Assembly: GCA_965213705.1 (NCBI GenBank)
Contig: OZ243913.1
Location: 3,360,001-3,424,000 of the forward strand
DNA length: 64,000 nt
Source: Trueperaceae bacterium
GTDB taxonomy: Bacteria > Deinococcota > Deinococci > Deinococcales > Trueperaceae
Direction: 5' to 3'
Shown here: positions 61,888 to 64,000 of the stretch, piece by piece
How positions within the stretch are numbered: position 1 is the first letter of the stretch
Layout of the letters: every line of letters starts with the position of its first letter
Made by a program: the position numbers and the translations under genes
Notes under the pieces: generated by a model
Seen by the model: only the letters and a program-made list of their open reading frames with translations
What the model was told of the DNA's origin: nothing
Database searches by the model: none

Positions 61888-63042
61888 ATGAACGCTTTCA
61901 AAGACTCTTTTTTACTCGAGCCCGACATCATTTTCCTCAACCACGGCTCGTTCGGCGCTACCCCGAAACCTGTCTTTGAAACCTATCAGAACTGGCAAAA
62001 ACAATTGGAGAGGCAGCCCGTCAAGTTTCTGGGGCGCGAGATAGCGGGCTACCTGAAGGAGGCTCGAGCCTCCCTCGCCAGCTACCTGAACGTGTCCGGC
62101 GACGACCTCACTTTTGTGCCGAACGCGACCTTCGGCGTGAACGTGGTGGCGCGTTCGCTGGCTTTGTCTGAAGGTGACGAGGTCTTGACCTGCGATCAGG
62201 AATACGGCGCGTGCAACAACACCTGGAACTATGTAAGCAAGCAAAAAGGTTTCAGTTACAAGAAACAGCCGATTCCTTTACCTGTTGAGTCTTCCGAAGA
62301 AATTCTCGAGGCGTTCTGGCAGGGCGTGACAGACCGAACGAAGGTCATCTACCTCAGCCACATCACTTCCCCTACCGCCCTGATTCTCCCCATCGCCGAG
62401 ATTTGCGCGAGGGCACAGGCCGCAGGCATCATGACGGTCATCGACGGGGCGCACGCGCCGGGGCAGTTGGACCTCGACCTCACAAAAATCGACGCCGACT
62501 TTTACACGGGTAACTGCCACAAGTGGCTGTGCAGCCCCAAGGGTGCCGCCTTTTTATACGTTCGCCCGGACAAGCAAGACTTAATCGAACCGTTGGTGAT
62601 AAGCTGGGGTCTGAGCAGGGAAGCGCAGCACAGCGCGGGTTCGACCTACCTCGACTATTACGACTGGTTGGGAACGCACGACCCGGCGGCTTACTTGACG
62701 GTGCCTGCGGCGATTGCTTTTCAGGCCGAGCACGATTGGGTGAGCGTTCGGGAACATTGTCACAGTTTACTGAAGGGGGCGCTCGAGGCCAGCGAAGCCA
62801 TCACCGGCTTACCTACCATTTACCCAACGGACAGCGACCTTTACCGCCAACTGGCCGTCGTCGCCCTGCCGGACATCGGCGACGTGGACGCTTTCAAAAC
62901 GACGTTGTATGATACCTACCACATCGAAGTTCCGCTGACGCAGTACGAGGGTCGGCCCTTTATTCGTGTTTCGGTGCAGGCGTACAACAGCGCTGAAGAT
63001 TTAGACGCCCTGCACGCGGCCCTCGAGCACATGTTGGCGTAG
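61888..63042 (+). CDS. Class V PLP enzyme (isopenicillin N epimerase / C-S lyase-like)
   Basis: FLNHGSFGA, SHITSPT, DGAHAPG, NCHKWLCSPKG, IRVSVQAYN. Confidence 0.9.
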   Translation: MNAFKDSFLLEPDIIFLNHGSFGATPKPVFETYQNWQKQLERQPVKFLGREIAGYLKEARASLASYLNVSGDDLTFVPNATFGVNVVARSLALSEGDEVLTCDQEYGACNNTWNYVSKQKGFSYKKQPIPLPVESSEEILEAFWQGVTDRTKVIYLSHITSPTALILPIAEICARAQAAGIMTVIDGAHAPGQLDLDLTKIDADFYTGNCHKWLCSPKGAAFLYVRPDKQDLIEPLVISWGLSREAQHSAGSTYLDYYDWLGTHDPAAYLTVPAAIAFQAEHDWVSVREHCHSLLKGALEASEAITGLPTIYPTDSDLYRQLAVVALPDIGDVDAFKTTLYDTYHIEVPLTQYEGRPFIRVSVQAYNSAEDLDALHAALEHMLA

Positions 63043-63146
63043 CTTTCAGCTTACAAGGAGGTGATAACTGGCGCGTCCACGTAGCTATTTTCTCGCAACT
63101 GTAAGAGTGACTTGACCGGGGGACTGCGTTGACTGAAAGGGAGACT

Positions 63147-64000
63147 ATGAAAAATGCTTTACTGGGAAAGCTGTTGCTACTTTTCGTCTTTGGACTTTTT
63201 TCGTCGGGACTGGCGCAAGACTTACCCGCCGACGCCGCGCCCGACGCCGAGCAGGTGCTGCGCGTACCCTGCGATAACACCCGCAACGAAACGACCTTTG
63301 ACTTCGCTGTATCGGTCTATCAGCGGTTTTTCTGTGTCGCCGATTTGTTTCAGGACACACTCATCGACTTGGACAAGGACTTCAACATCATTCCTGCCTC
63401 GGCAGAGAGTTGGTCGGTGTCGGACGACGGCCTGACCTGGACGTTCAAGTTAAAGCCCGGTTTGCTGTGGAGTGACGGCACGCCCTTGACCGCCTACGAT
63501 TACGAAGCGACTTACCGCTACGAAGCCTCGCCCGAGGCTGCCTGGGACTTTACCTGGTTTTACCCCTTTATTAGAAATTGGGACGAAGTGGTTGCCGGTG
63601 AAGTGCCGCCCGAAGAATTGGGCATCGTGGCAGTTGACGATTTAACCCTGGAAGTCACTACTGAAACCCCCTTTCCGCCTTTACCCGGCGTTATGAAGTT
63701 CGCTTTCGTGTTGCAAAAAGCCGCTTTGGAAGCGCACGGTCCGTTTTACAACAACGACCCGGCGACTTCGGTTTCGTCGGGGCCTTACATGCTCGAGACC
63801 TTCGACCCCGGCAACGAAATCGTGCTAGTTAAAAATCCCAACTACACGGGCTACAGACCCGCGCGGCTCGAGCGCATCGAAGGCATCTACATGGCCCCCG
63901 CCACCTTCTTCGCCGCCTTCGAAGCGGGCGAAGTCGACCGCGTGCCTTACGAGTACCTGACCCCCGCCGACTTCACCATCATCGAAAGCGACCCGACGTT
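63147..64000 (+). CDS. Peptide/nickel ABC substrate-binding protein (family 5), runs off the window
   Basis: Signal peptide; AESWSVSDDGLTWTFKLK..WSDGTPLTAYD, SSGPY, KNPNY. Confidence 0.9.
   Translation, partial: MKNALLGKLLLLFVFGLFSSGLAQDLPADAAPDAEQVLRVPCDNTRNETTFDFAVSVYQRFFCVADLFQDTLIDLDKDFNIIPASAESWSVSDDGLTWTFKLKPGLLWSDGTPLTAYDYEATYRYEASPEAAWDFTWFYPFIRNWDEVVAGEVPPEELGIVAVDDLTLEVTTETPFPPLPGVMKFAFVLQKAALEAHGPFYNNDPATSVSSGPYMLETFDPGNEIVLVKNPNYTGYRPARLERIEGIYMAPATFFAAFEAGEVDRVPYEYLTPADFTIIESDPT

Noticed and set aside
60970..63042. Beta-lactam biosynthesis (cefD/cefE-like pair)
   Set aside because: No ACV synthetase or IPNS; the oxygenase is PhyH-like and the context is uptake

Overview
GC-rich bacterial chromosomal window, probably Deinococcota (Trueperaceae-like; inferred from protein and integrase style). 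About 1-22.3 kb is housekeeping DNA: enoyl-CoA hydratase, gatB, alkA, yfbR, ctaA-ctaB-SURF1, a PIG-L deacetylase, a TPR protein, 3-hydroxybutyryl-CoA dehydrogenase, rsmJ, gabT and tRNA-Trp. It also holds a six-gene surface-glycosylation operon built around a 1071-aa GT-C-like membrane protein. From tRNA-Trp to the window end lies a decaying genomic island with a truncated tyrosine recombinase, three IS1-family elements (one intact with an 8-bp TSD), a Tn3 relic, a broken STAND-like NTPase, two toxin-antitoxin pairs, WYL relics, two unrelated TRAP + BKACE (DUF849) catabolic operons, a LacI/sugar-ABC module and a PhyH + PLP-enzyme + peptide-ABC operon. Non-obvious signals include four 25-63 bp hairpin micro-insertions inside IS1 relics, a diverged ~0.5 kb direct repeat 19 kb apart with a shared sharp end, CTCGAG enrichment with GATC scarcity, short-period intergenic repeats and a candidate structured RNA at ~11.4-11.5 kb. 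All calls come from reading the sequence and ORF track by eye; no searches were run.
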